Positions 28,784-40,109 of a stretch of DNA of 64,000 bases are shown piece by piece (position 1 is the first letter of the stretch; each line of letters starts with the position of its first letter). Source of the stretch: Candidatus Krumholzibacteriota bacterium (GTDB lineage Bacteria; Krumholzibacteriota; Krumholzibacteriia; JAJRXK01); NCBI GenBank assembly GCA_963764625.1, contig CAVXTH010000009.1, positions 576,001 through 640,000 of the forward strand, written 5' to 3'. Under the pieces are notes generated by a model. That model searched no databases and had not been told where the DNA came from. It was given only the letters and a program-made list of their open reading frames with translations. The position numbers and the translations under genes are program-made.

Positions 28784-31147
28784 TCAACCCTTGGCCTGGC
28801 TCAGGCCCTTGGCGAGCCGGGCCAGACGCTGGTCGCGGTCCTTCACGAATCGCTCGATTCCCGCCACGATGCTCTCGGGATCCAGGTGCGCCTCCTGGAT
28901 GACCTCATCCAGGGTACCCCCCGTGCGCCAGCGGTCGTCGTGGTCGCTGCTCAGAGCGTAGTCCGCGGCCAGAGGGTTGTAGATCCAGTCATAGAACAGA
29001 CGTCGTGAGCGATTGGTGATGAAAGTCGAATCCCACTTGTCCGCCTCGCTGATGACCCGGTCCTGATAGTCCCGCGGCTGAACCGCGAAGAGCTGTGGAC
29101 TCACGGTCGCCACGATCTTCACGTTGAGCCCCCGTTTGTCCAGCTCGGGGAGAATGGTGATGGTGTTGGCGGTGGACATGGTTCCCTGCACGAAAATGCA
29201 CCCACCCCTGGGCTGGTTCTCCTTGTAGTCGCGCAGAATGTAGGCTCCCTTCGCGGCTTCGAAGTAGTGGGCCATGCCGAGCTTCTCGCGATCGGGAATC
29301 TCGATGGGGGGGCGGGTGAGGTGGAGGGCCACGATCGGCCACGGACCCCGCAGCGCCACTGCGAGCATCACCGGCACTTCGTTGTACTCGAAAGGATGTA
29401 GATCGCAAACATGACCGTCGGGGAAGAGCTGGGTGACGCCCGGCCCGAAGATCCCGAAGTGGGTACGGCTGTCATCGGCGGTTTCGGGTCCACTGTGTCC
29501 CGCCACCCAGATGACCTTGCCCAGCTTCAGTTCGCAGTCCTGCGACATCTGGCTGAACAAGCGCAGTGGGCCGTACTTCAAGTAGGAGAAGGAGCCGTAG
29601 GTCGAACACGCGCTGTAGAATCCCAGGAACTCCTTGGTGGGGTTCTTCGACATGTTCACCGCGCTGATGCCAGCGCTGATTCCGGCGTTGGAAAACTCCG
29701 TGATCTCCATGGGAAGCAGGCAGCCATCGGGATTCTGCTTGCGCTCGTAGCGTCCGAAATTCTTCGTGTCGCCAAAATCGTGGCAGAATCCGCTGATGTT
29801 CGTGCTGTCGGCCAAATCGGCGCTCATCGCCAACACAAGCGGTTGATCGTAGTGCTGCTTGCAGTAGGAGTTGATCCACGCCCCAAAGGTGGCCAAACCC
29901 GCGCGGTTCGGTGCCTGCTCTCCCGGCTTCTTCCACATCTCGGCCGGATAGCTCTCGAAATCGAAGAGTCTCTCGTCATCCAGGGGGTTGCCCTTGCGCC
30001 CCAGCTTGAACCCTGGAATCTCCTCGGGCACGCTCTCACCCAACTCGACGAGTCGATCGGCGAGATACTTCATCGTGTCCTCCTTCTGATGGAGGACCCC
30101 GATCACTTTCTTGTAGTTCGCGATCACCTGCCCACGGAATGCCTCGGGATCCTTTGGCGCCGCTTCGCCGAAGCCCTCGAACTCCACTCCATATTTCTCC
30201 GCGAAGACCCGCTTGGTATCCCAGTATTCGGGACTGTTCGTCTTGTGGGGTGAACCGTGGCTGGCGTTGTCGTACTTGCCGTAGCCGCGTCCCTTTCGAG
30301 TCTGGAACCAGGTGAGACCGGGACGGTCGTCCTTGCCCTCTTCGTGTACCATTTCCAGGATCGCGGGCGTCAGCTGCGACCATTCGCTTCCATTCTCGGC
30401 TCCGTGGATGCGCCAGCCGTAGGAGGCGAACCAATCGGCGGGGGTCCCGTGCACGACACTGGAGTGTGAGAAGGAGTCGATCCCGTAGTCATTCCAATCG
30501 AGCAGGAAACAGAGGTTGGAGAGTCCCAGTCCCCAGGCGGCGTTCTTCGTCTCGTGGTTCGCGCCCGCGCTGTGTCCGCCTTCCCCTTCCAGGGCGAACA
30601 CTTTCACATCGGAGAGTCCAGCGCGTCTCAAGGCCATCGCTTCGCCCGCTGCGGGGGGGGTGCCGTGGCCGCTGGGGCCGGTGTTGAACTTGAAGAAGAG
30701 TGTCTTGCCCTCGAACTCAGCGTGTCCCGCCAGGCCACCTTTGTGGCGGAAGCCCATCAGATCTTCCCAGACCAGAGCGCGGTGCTCGGCGTCATCCACC
30801 AGGTAGCGTTTGTCCTTGGTCCGCTTGTACATCTCGCGCAAGGCCTCGTGGTAGATGGGCAGCGTCGCATAAACCAGAGGCGCGCAGTGTCCGGCTACCA
30901 AGATGAAACGATCGGCAAAGGGATGATCGGGCCGGCGGATGTCCCACCGCATCGCTCCGCCCAGAGTCGTGGCCACCAGCGCGTGCACCTTCGAGCGGCT
31001 TCCTCCTGGATGCCCGCTCTGACGATAGTTGAGCATCATGTCGATGAGCTGGTCGATGCAGTCCTTGATGATTTCCCAATGGGCGTAGTTCGCCGTCTGT
31101 GCTCCCACGAGCTCTTCAACCGATGATTGGGAGTGGGTGGTGGCCAC
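28784..31147 (-). CDS. Atypical transketolase-family TPP enzyme (787 aa)
   Basis: SGHPGGS, AGH, NTGPSGHG, SADLADST, HSGPETADDSRTH; TPP motif reads GEG...WND. Confidence 0.8.
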   Translation of the reverse strand: MATTHSQSSVEELVGAQTANYAHWEIIKDCIDQLIDMMLNYRQSGHPGGSRSKVHALVATTLGGAMRWDIRRPDHPFADRFILVAGHCAPLVYATLPIYHEALREMYKRTKDKRYLVDDAEHRALVWEDLMGFRHKGGLAGHAEFEGKTLFFKFNTGPSGHGTPPAAGEAMALRRAGLSDVKVFALEGEGGHSAGANHETKNAAWGLGLSNLCFLLDWNDYGIDSFSHSSVVHGTPADWFASYGWRIHGAENGSEWSQLTPAILEMVHEEGKDDRPGLTWFQTRKGRGYGKYDNASHGSPHKTNSPEYWDTKRVFAEKYGVEFEGFGEAAPKDPEAFRGQVIANYKKVIGVLHQKEDTMKYLADRLVELGESVPEEIPGFKLGRKGNPLDDERLFDFESYPAEMWKKPGEQAPNRAGLATFGAWINSYCKQHYDQPLVLAMSADLADSTNISGFCHDFGDTKNFGRYERKQNPDGCLLPMEITEFSNAGISAGISAVNMSKNPTKEFLGFYSACSTYGSFSYLKYGPLRLFSQMSQDCELKLGKVIWVAGHSGPETADDSRTHFGIFGPGVTQLFPDGHVCDLHPFEYNEVPVMLAVALRGPWPIVALHLTRPPIEIPDREKLGMAHYFEAAKGAYILRDYKENQPRGGCIFVQGTMSTANTITILPELDKRGLNVKIVATVSPQLFAVQPRDYQDRVISEADKWDSTFITNRSRRLFYDWIYNPLAADYALSSDHDDRWRTGGTLDEVIQEAHLDPESIVAGIERFVKDRDQRLARLAKGLSQAKG

Positions 31148-31368
31148 GGTGATACCTCTGACTTGAAGGAGAGTTCGTCTGCATGATGAGGGCGGCAGAA
31201 ATCGCTGAACTGCTGAATACTGCCACAGCGCGAGTTGGGCTTCAACCGCTGACGGCGATCCCGATTCGTTTCAATGATCGGCTCTCAGAATGGGCGCGCA
31301 AGGGAATTTCAGCGTCGAGCCGGGACCCTTCGTGCGGGCGGATTGAAAGATCAAACGCGCGATCGCAT

Positions 31369-34300
31369 TCAGCGCAAGACCTCGATGCGGTCGTGGCGCA
31401 ACAGCCAGAGTTCGAAGCGGAGGGAGGTTTCGGCTCCGAGTGCCGGTGCGAGGGCACGACAGTAGACCTCCCCTTGCTGGCGGTAGTGCCGCACCCGCTG
31501 CCGCAGTTCTTCCTCGCTCTTCAGCAGGTCGGTCTTGTAGTCCGCCACCACCAGTTCGCCCGAATCCGGGTCGCGGTAGAGCAGATCCACCACCCCGGGG
31601 CAGAACCCCACGGGGCCCGCAGAGTCTCCGACCGGGAATGAAGTCAAGATAGGAACCTCACGTCCCACGACCGCGCCTTCCAGCGCGCGAAGCCGTTGCA
31701 TCAGGCGTGATTCGCGCATGGCCTCCAGGATCGTCTCACAGCTCTGGCTGGCTGCCTCCAACAGCTCGGGCGCAAGCAGACGCCGCAAAGTGGACTGTGC
31801 CGTGGCTCGGAGATCGTGGAAGGCCTCGTGCTTCGGCTTTGCGAAGGGGTAGTTCTGCAAGCCGGCATGAATCGCGGTTCCCACGGCCTGGGCCGTCTCG
31901 CGCCGTGAGCTCTGGAGAGGAGCATCAAGCGCGCCCGGGCCGTGCCGCCATGAGGGTTCCGACTCCTCGAGGCTCGAGGCGGCGCGATGGAACGGAAGGG
32001 CCTGACGCTGGCGCGCGGCCTCGCGTCGCGTCTGAAGTAGTCTTCCATCCGCGAACACCTCGTCTAAGGGGAGCGAGGCCGGCGCCGAAGTCGTAAGCGG
32101 CACCGAGGCGAGAGAGGGTTCCGCGCCCGGCAAGAGCCGCCACAGCAACTCGTCCTCGCCCTACGGATTCCAGGAAGAAGTCCGCCTCTGTCGCGAGCGA
32201 CCCTTCCGTCCTGAGTTCCAACTGCGCCGCGTGGGCCCGGGATGCCAAGAGCTCGGAGAAGCTCTGCGCTCGCTCGGAGGGGCCCTCGAAGCTCAGGCTG
32301 CGGCCTCCCGCCACCACCAGACGACGCTTGGCCCGCGTGAGCGCCACGTAGAGCAGACGAACTCGTTCGAAGCCCTCCACCCGCTCGGCGCGATCCTTCG
32401 CCAGGGCATAGCCCAGGCTCGGATACCCCATGAGCAGGATTTGCAGCCCTTCCTGCGGCTGGGGAATCTTCGTGCCTTTCCAGGCGTTGTGGGGTGGAGG
32501 TGGGTTCTTGTGGCATTGCAGCAGGTAGAGGTGGGTGAAGTCGAGTCCCTTCGCCTTGTGGATGGTCATGACGCGCACCGCGTCGCGTGACCCCACCTGG
32601 AGCTGCGCGTCCTGGGTCTGGAGCCCCTCCGCGATACCCCGGCGCAGCTTGGACAGGAACCCGCGGGCGTCATCTCGACCGCTGCACAGCGCGTCCCGTA
32701 GCTGACGAAAGAAGCGCTCGAGGTTCGCCACCCTGTAGAGACCCAGGTAGCGAGACCCATCCCGCGCCTCCACCTGAGTCCACTGGCGCAGCTTTTTCAG
32801 GAAGGTCTCCGGACGATCGACGCGCAAGGACTCACGCAGACTCGCGAGCTGGCGAATCGAGAGGCACAGGCATTCCTCCCATCCTTCGATGCGTTGCCAG
32901 GACCCGGTCTCGCCCGCGAGCTGCCGCGCGGTGTCGCGGGCCGCGCTCGTGAGTTTTTCGATCAACTCGGGCTCGGGCCCGCGCAGGCGAGTCATGTCGT
33001 GAGGAAACCCGCGTTGCCACAGTCCCAGAAGTGCAGCATCGGGAACACCCACCCAGGCCGAACGCAGGAAGGCGAGCAGCGAGAGGTGGTCCGCCGGCTC
33101 CACCACGGCGGCCAAAAGCGCGGTGGCGTCGAGGATCTCCCGGCGGCGAAAGTAATGGCGGTCACGCTCCACCGAGTAGGGAACGTGCGCCCGGCGCAAT
33201 TCGGTCAGATACGTTTCCAGATCACTGGTGGAGCGAAAGAGGAGACCGACGCTCGACCACTGGAACGACGGCCCCACTTCCTCTTGAAGCTCCCGCAGAT
33301 CGACGGCCAGAGCGCGGGCCTCGAGTTCCGTCGTTTCCGCGCGCGTCATCGACTCGCGACCCTCTCTTGTGGGCAGACTCGAGACCCAGTGCTCGATGGG
33401 ACGCCGCCGCTCGCTCGCGTAACCGCGAGCGTTTGCGTTCGCCGCCGAAGGCAGAAGAGACTGATAGGGAGGTTGTAGCTCCTCGTGCGCCTGCATGATA
33501 GGAGCGATGGAGCGGTTGACCTCGTCCAAGATTCCCGGCACCGAGCGAAAGTTGACGCTCAGCCGCCGCCGCTTCAGTCCCTGCCCTTCCAACTCGCTCA
33601 CGAAGCGGTCGTAGGCGGATAGATCGGCCCCCCGCCAGCCGTAGATACTCTGCTTGGGGTCACCCACCAGAAAGAGCCCGGGCCGGTCCTCCGCGGGGCC
33701 ATTCAGGGCGAGCTGCCGGATGATTTCGCACTGCATTTGGTTCGTGTCTTGGAACTCGTCGACGAGGATCTGATCGATTTCCCGCCGCAGGATTCCCCGG
33801 ACCGTCGGATTGGCCCGGAGAAGATCGCGGGTCCGGCTGAGGAGATCCTCGTAGCTCACGACCCCGTTCGCGTGCAGGCGCCTCTCCACTTCCGCAAGCA
33901 GCGGAGCCAGAGTCTCCATCGCCGCTTCGAGCAGGCGCGGACGAAGTTTCTCCAGGCCCTCGATGAGCTGTAGCAAGGCGGGGGAGGTCGTCACGAGCAG
34001 AGACTGCCATTCGTCACTGAGCGCTTTCGACTCGCCGCCACTGAAGCTCGACTTCCTCCAATCCCGGAGGCGTTTCTTCGCTCCCTGTACGTCCTCGCCG
34101 AGCGCCGACTCGAGGAATCGCTCCAAGCCATCGCGCGATTTTGGCGCCGAGTCGACGAGCAGGGCGGACGTCGAGCTGATCCAACGGCTGAAGCACGCCG
34201 TGTTCGCATTGCGCGGGATGTCTTTCAGGGCCGAGACGAGTTCCTTCGGAACTTGCCGCAGATCCGTCTGCAGCCGGCGCGAAAACTCCCTCAGCTCGGG

Positions 34301-35034
34301 CTCGGCGAAGGGAGAGCGCTGCAGCTCCTCGGAGCGGATGTCGTGTTCGATCAAGGAACTCAGCGCATCCGCGAGATCCCCGGACCCTGGCCGTCTTGTG
34401 CCAGTGTACCCAGGGCCCCGCTGAGCTCCTCGTTGTAATCCGAGTGGAGATGCTCTTCCACCACCTCCTGAGCCAGCTCGCGTCGCATGGCTCCATCCGC
34501 GTCGACCTGGAAGTTGGGATGCAAACCCGCTTCCAGGGGAAAGCGGACCAAAATGCGAGAGCACCAGGCGTGGATGGTGTGAACTTGCAGATGCTCCAGC
34601 GCGGTCAAGAGGGATTCCGCGCGCTGCCCCCTCTGCTCGGGTTGCGTGGGGAGATTGGCCTCCGCCAGGAATTGCGGCGTCGCTCCCCGCGCGATCTCCG
34701 CCAGGACCTGCCCGGTGCGCGTCTCCATTTCCGCGGCCGCGGCCTCGGTGAAGGTGATGGCGACGACTCCATCCAGGACGGAAGCAGCCAGGTCTTCTTC
34801 GCTGAGTTCGAGAGTGCTTGCTTGCCGAAGGCTCTCTTCCTTTCGCGCCCAACCCGGCCCCATGATCCAGGAAATGATTCGCGCGATCAGAGCGGTAGTT
34901 TTCCCGGTTCCCGCCCCGGCCTCCAGAACGAAGGGCGCCTCGAAGATGGTTTGCGCCTCTGCGCGCGCGCGCGTATCGGCCTCGCGCGATGCAAGCGCGC
35001 TCGCCTTGGAGAGTGCGTCCTGCGCGCGTTTCAT
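31369..35034 (-). CDS. addA: AddA-type UvrD helicase-nuclease, frameshifted near 34380 and 32150
   Basis: EAGAGTGKT, VDEFQDT, VGDPKQSIY, TIHKAKG, YVALTRA; nuclease GVVDLLY..ADYKT..QGEVY. Confidence 0.88.
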
Positions 35035-38000
35035 CCCTTCCCTCCCGGAAGATCCCAGAGGGCGAGCATGCGCTCCTCGTTCGCGCTGAGGGCTTCGTCC
35101 TGTTCTCGCCGCGCGCGCAGCTTCTGGAAGTATTCGAACTGGCGTCGGTGGCTCTGACTGTCTCCGCGAACACAGGCCAGGGATACTTCGCAGTATTCGC
35201 AGCGACGCGGTTCTTCTCTCTTCAAGGGTTCGCTGAGCCGGGGAAAGAAAGTTCCGCGCGTCCGTGCATACTGCAGCACGGCGACCACTCTCCGGAGCGC
35301 CTCCACCAGTTCAAAGTCATCCCCGCGGAAGTCGATCCAGCGGGAGGAGGTCTTTGCGTCGGGTCTCAGGTGCAGGTACGAGCCCTGCCCGACCCCCCCT
35401 TGCGTTCGTTCCACTCCGAGAGCGTAGCTGATGCCTTGCAAGCGAGTACCCGAGCGAAGGGCAGCCAGCAGATGTCGTCGGCGGGCCTCGTCTCGCGTCA
35501 CGTCGATGAATGGGGCGGAAGTCTTGAAGTCGATGAGTCGAAGTTCGTTCAGGCGCCGCTGGGCGAGATCGGCGCGAAACGAGAGAAGCATCTTCGAGCC
35601 ATCGGGCAGGTCCAGCTCGGCTTCACCATTGAGTTCGCTTCCCACCACTCGGGGAGGGGCTGGTTCGAAGAGTTCCTGGCGGCACACCTCGAGGTACTCA
35701 TGCGCACGGGTCGCGAGTGCCCGGGCCAGGCCCGGCAGAGCCAGACCTTCTTCGCGGAGCACTCCGAGCGCCGCCTCCTCGCACAGCCGCGTGAGTTCCT
35801 GCGGCTCGGGCCAGGGCACCTCGATTCCCGCCTCGTCGGCCACGGTGGCGAGTCTCCCGTCCACCGGGGGAGGGACGATGCGCTGCACGATCCGCTGCAG
35901 GGTGCCGTGAACCACGCTCCCCACGCGTCTCGGATCCAACAGGGGCAGCGTGGCCAGCGGATCGGGAAACGGCTCGAGTCGCAAGATTCTCTGGAGAAAG
36001 TGAGCCCACGGACATTCCGCGAGTGCCTCCAAGCGGGTGACGTAGCTCTCGGCGCGTTGCAACGGCGGCCACGAGGCGGCCGAGAGCCCAGGCCCTTCCA
36101 TCCAGGGACCGAGGTCTGCTGAGCCCTGTGGCCAGCGGTCCCTCTCCCGCAAGACGGCCCAGGCGGCACGGGACCAGGATTCTGGATTCGACGGCATGAG
36201 ATCCCCACCCTGCGAAGCTTCCAGCGTCGGCGCCAAGAGCGCCACGAAGCGCTCATCGTCGTCGCGCAAAGCGGCCTCCAGAAGATGTTCCTGAAGCGGC
36301 CGTGGGCGGAACACGGAGGTTTCGAGTTCGAAAAGAGAGGGGGAAGAGAACGCGTCTTCTTTTTCCTCCAAGCGCAAGCGCTGGACGAAGGGGGAGGGGG
36401 GCGTGGGCCGTCCATCGTCGTCGGTAGTCCACCACGAGAGTGTCACCGAGGGTGCGGACGAGAAAAGTTGCGCGAAGAGAAAACGCTCCTCTCGACCACG
36501 CTCTCGTTTGCTCTTCAAGTCGGGCAGAACTCCTCGCAGTTTGACCCGCACCCGATCGGGCAATAGAGCATCCTCCCTGACGCTGGCGGGAAAGGCAGCT
36601 CGATTGAGGCCGACGAGATAGAGATGGGCGAAGGTGAAGGCCCGCGCCTTCGTGACGTCCAGGATTTGGACTCCGCCGCGATTCCCCGCGTCCTTCGAAC
36701 TCTGCAAATTTTGGAGTTCGTCCTCGAGAAGGTCGAGAAACTCCTGGTGCGAGATCGTAAGCGCGGTGTCAAAGCCACGCAGCAGAGTCTCCAGCCGCGC
36801 CAGCGCATCGGCGCTCTCGCTCTTGAGAGTCCAGCCCAGAGTTTCGCGGACGAACGAGCGCAGAGAGGCGGCGTGCTGGGGCAACCCCTGTTGTTTCGGT
36901 CCCGCCAGCAGGCGACGCGTGAGGTCTCGCGCGCCGTTGCGGAGAGTGCGCAGGCCAAGTTCGGAAAGAGATTCGCGAGGGAATGCGCCGGACTCGTTTC
37001 CCTCCTCGTCGTGCCGTAGCTCGAATCCATGGCGGATGGGTAACTCGAGCCGTGGGGCATGCGAGGCGATCTCTTCGTCGCTCAACGCCGCGAGCTGTCC
37101 CAATCGCCCCAGCCCCAGAGTCGCGGCCGCGAGACGGAATCTCCAGGCATCTTCCTCGTGTTCGTTGAGCTCGAGCCAGCGATCCACCGGAAGACTCGGG
37201 CCGCGCCGCAGCAGTTCCACCAAGCTCATCAGTCTTCGTCTGGTGGGGTCGACGCTGCCGGTGGCTTGTGGCGCGCGCCAGGGTACCCCGTACTCGTCCA
37301 GCGACTCGGTGAGGTCCAGGAAATGTCGATCGAGCGAGCGGGCAACGATCGCCACGCTTTCTGGCACCGGAGGATTCTCCCCGTCCAGGAGGGCGCGAAG
37401 TCTCCGGGCCACTTCCCGGGCCTCGGCGCGCGCGCCGGGGGCGCAAAACGCGGAGACTTGAGGGGGATCGGTTTCAGCCTCGGGCAACTTGGCGCCCTCT
37501 CCCAGCCTCAGTCCGAAGGGTCGCGAGAACTCGATTCCCAGATCGGGTCTAGCGGCTCGCGCCGGATCGCGCGGCCGGTCCAGGAGGATCAGAGCATTCG
37601 GGTGGTGCAGGAGTGCCTCGAGGAAGTCCGTCACCACTCCGGTCGCGTCGGCGAATCCATGGATGAGAATTCCCCGGGCAAAACTTCCCGCGTCTTCGCG
37701 CAGGATAAAGGCGACTTGGGTGATGAGATCGTCTCGCGTGAGAAGACCGATTTCCCGGAAGCGCGCGCTCGTGCCGAGGGTCAACTCGAGGATGGCGCGG
37801 GCGCGGCGAAACGACTCGGTCCCCTTCATCTCCTCCAGAGAGTCGAAGAGCGCATCGCTCAGCTCGGGTGAACACTCCGCGTGAAGGAGATCATCCACCG
37901 AAGAGACGACGGCGCGGGTCCCCTGGACCAGGCCGCGCAGCATCTCGCCAAGAACGGGGTGGGAGTCGGCTTCGCGCCGTACCAAGAGTGAGAAAAGGGA

Positions 38001-38273
38001 ATCGTGCGTCGTACTCGAGCGTGTCGGGTCGCGTTCCCAGAGTTCTCGCGCGAGTTGAAAATGGGTCTGGACCACGATCCCGGCCGCGCCGCCCCGATGG
38101 GCGCAAATCCGCGCCGCCACGTGTTCCTGGAGGGTGCGCGAAGGAACCACGATGCGGAGAGGTTCCCCTAAGAGGCTCGGATCACGGGTGAGAAGAGCTT
38201 GATCCTCATCCACGCTTGTCAGCAGGAGCGCTTCCACGGCACGAGCGCCAGCTGCGGTGAGGATTCGACCCAT
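35031..38273 (-). CDS. addB: AddB-type inactive helicase with PD-(D/E)xK nuclease and 4Fe-4S staple
   Basis: ECPW, RADL, LIDFKT, CEYCEVSLAC; ATGA overlap with addA. Confidence 0.85.
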   Translation of the reverse strand: MGRILTAAGARAVEALLLTSVDEDQALLTRDPSLLGEPLRIVVPSRTLQEHVAARICAHRGGAAGIVVQTHFQLARELWERDPTRSSTTHDSLFSLLVRREADSHPVLGEMLRGLVQGTRAVVSSVDDLLHAECSPELSDALFDSLEEMKGTESFRRARAILELTLGTSARFREIGLLTRDDLITQVAFILREDAGSFARGILIHGFADATGVVTDFLEALLHHPNALILLDRPRDPARAARPDLGIEFSRPFGLRLGEGAKLPEAETDPPQVSAFCAPGARAEAREVARRLRALLDGENPPVPESVAIVARSLDRHFLDLTESLDEYGVPWRAPQATGSVDPTRRRLMSLVELLRRGPSLPVDRWLELNEHEEDAWRFRLAAATLGLGRLGQLAALSDEEIASHAPRLELPIRHGFELRHDEEGNESGAFPRESLSELGLRTLRNGARDLTRRLLAGPKQQGLPQHAASLRSFVRETLGWTLKSESADALARLETLLRGFDTALTISHQEFLDLLEDELQNLQSSKDAGNRGGVQILDVTKARAFTFAHLYLVGLNRAAFPASVREDALLPDRVRVKLRGVLPDLKSKRERGREERFLFAQLFSSAPSVTLSWWTTDDDGRPTPPSPFVQRLRLEEKEDAFSSPSLFELETSVFRPRPLQEHLLEAALRDDDERFVALLAPTLEASQGGDLMPSNPESWSRAAWAVLRERDRWPQGSADLGPWMEGPGLSAASWPPLQRAESYVTRLEALAECPWAHFLQRILRLEPFPDPLATLPLLDPRRVGSVVHGTLQRIVQRIVPPPVDGRLATVADEAGIEVPWPEPQELTRLCEEAALGVLREEGLALPGLARALATRAHEYLEVCRQELFEPAPPRVVGSELNGEAELDLPDGSKMLLSFRADLAQRRLNELRLIDFKTSAPFIDVTRDEARRRHLLAALRSGTRLQGISYALGVERTQGGVGQGSYLHLRPDAKTSSRWIDFRGDDFELVEALRRVVAVLQYARTRGTFFPRLSEPLKREEPRRCEYCEVSLACVRGDSQSHRRQFEYFQKLRARREQDEALSANEERMLALWDLPGGKG

Positions 38274-38287
38274 CGGTAAGCTTCCGG

Positions 38288-40012
38288 CTACTGCTTCTTC
38301 ATGGCGTTGACTTTCTTATAGTACTCGTCCGCCGCGTCCTTGTCGCCGAGCTTCCCATAGCAGATCGCGATGTTGGTATAGGAGCGAATCGTCTCCTTGA
38401 GATCGGTGGCGTCGAGATAGGTGTCGATCGCTTCCTTGTACTTACCTGCCTTTTGATAGGCGAACGCCAAATTGAAGACCGCGATCTCGTTGTCGGGACG
38501 CAGCTTCACCGCCGCGGTGAAGGACTCGATGGCATCTTCGAAGCGCTCCAGTTTGATCAGGCTCTGGCCGCGCCCGTAGTAGGCGTTGAAGTCGTCGGGC
38601 GCCATGGCCGTCACCGACCCGTAGGTCTCCGCCGCATCCGCGTATCGACCAATCTTGGCCTGCGCGTAGGCCAGCTGATACAGGTCACCGGCGGTGGGCC
38701 CGAACTTGTCCACCAGCTTCTCGGAAAGATCCGCCGCCTTCTTGTAGTTGTCCGTCTTGCGGTACGCGGCGGCCAGAGCCCGGTAGGCATCCTTGAGCTC
38801 GGGATCTTTCGAGATCACTTCCTCGAGCAGCGGGATGGCGCCCCGATAATCGCCCGATTTCGACCGCACCACGGCCTGATTGTACTTCGCGTTGACGCCC
38901 CCTTCGCCGCGTGCCGTGGCTCGAGCCAGAGCTTTTTGCGCTCCGCGCGTGTCCCCGAGCCGTGCCAACACTCCGCCCAAGAAAGCACTCGCTCCCGGAT
39001 ACTCCGAGTTGGCGGCGAGTGCTTCCTTGTAGAAGCGTGCAGCCGCCTCGAGGTCTTCCTTGTATTCCGCCACGCGTCCTCGCAGGTAGGCGTTGGTGCC
39101 GGCGGGAGCGTTGGGGTATTCGGTGGCGAGGGTCTCGACCGAATCGGGAAGCTGCTGCGCGAGGAGGATCTCCGCCGCGGCGGTCCACGCGGTCACCGGA
39201 GCCGACTTTGACTGACGCGCCCGTGCCATCCACTTCAGCGCCTCGTCGTCTTTCCCCGCGTCTTGGGCTTCCTTGGCCAACTTCATCTGGAGGCCCACCC
39301 GCCGCGCCCGCAGATCGGCGAAGTCGCCCCCCACGAGCAGAGTCTCGTGCTTGTCCATTTCGGCCACGGCGCCGGCCATGTCATCTTCATCCTCATGGCT
39401 CTGGACGAGACGCCGCAGCATCTCGGCCTTGTCGCTCGCCTTCACCCCGAGCATGCGCAGTCCCGATTCCCAGTTCGCGCGGGCCTTGACCATCTGATCG
39501 AGATGGCTGTAGGCATCCCCGAGCAAGATGTACCCGCGTCCGTCCTCGGGGGCGAGGTTGCTGAAGGCGGTGAGGGGCTGGATCGCCTCTCTCCACGACT
39601 TCATCTTGATGAGCGCCACCGCCAGATTGAGGTGGGTCAGAGGCTCTCCCGGCGCGCACTGAATCGCCGCGATGAACGCGTTGCGCGCTTCGTCGTACAT
39701 CTTCTCCTTCGTATAGAGGATGCCGAGCTCGGTGTGCGCTTCCCCGTCGTAGGGGTCCTTCTTGATTTTTTCCTGAAGCTCCATGATGCGAAGCGCGGAG
39801 TCCGCGGGAATCTGGTCGGCGGTGGAATCGGTCGGGGCCGCGCTCACCGCAGTCGAGTCCTGCGCGAGAGAGACGAGGGGGGATCCCAAGAGCAGAGGGA
39901 AGACGACCAGCAAGAGGGCGGCGCCCATCGCGAACATGGCGGTGGGTGAATTCGTCACGGCGGTACTTCTACCGCGCGGCGAGAAGGCCGGGGTTCGTGC
40001 TTGCTTCCTCAT
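38288..40012 (-). CDS. Exported multi-TPR protein
   Basis: SD GAGG, signal/TM segment ending SLA-Q, many TPR units. Confidence 0.88.
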   Translation of the reverse strand: MRKQARTPAFSPRGRSTAVTNSPTAMFAMGAALLLVVFPLLLGSPLVSLAQDSTAVSAAPTDSTADQIPADSALRIMELQEKIKKDPYDGEAHTELGILYTKEKMYDEARNAFIAAIQCAPGEPLTHLNLAVALIKMKSWREAIQPLTAFSNLAPEDGRGYILLGDAYSHLDQMVKARANWESGLRMLGVKASDKAEMLRRLVQSHEDEDDMAGAVAEMDKHETLLVGGDFADLRARRVGLQMKLAKEAQDAGKDDEALKWMARARQSKSAPVTAWTAAAEILLAQQLPDSVETLATEYPNAPAGTNAYLRGRVAEYKEDLEAAARFYKEALAANSEYPGASAFLGGVLARLGDTRGAQKALARATARGEGGVNAKYNQAVVRSKSGDYRGAIPLLEEVISKDPELKDAYRALAAAYRKTDNYKKAADLSEKLVDKFGPTAGDLYQLAYAQAKIGRYADAAETYGSVTAMAPDDFNAYYGRGQSLIKLERFEDAIESFTAAVKLRPDNEIAVFNLAFAYQKAGKYKEAIDTYLDATDLKETIRSYTNIAICYGKLGDKDAADEYYKKVNAMKKQ

Positions 40013-40109
40013 CGTAATGCCATCCTCGTTTTTATAGACCAATTTGGTGGATAAGTTGCCCAATCCGGCGAAAAGACGCAATAATGGCGCTTTTCCGGCC
40101 GATTTCAGC

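Noticed and set aside
35031-38273. Cas4-like or defence nuclease reading of the PD-(D/E)xK/Fe-S domain
   Set aside because: It is coupled to a UvrD helicase-nuclease in the standard addB-addA layout, so housekeeping repair explains it.
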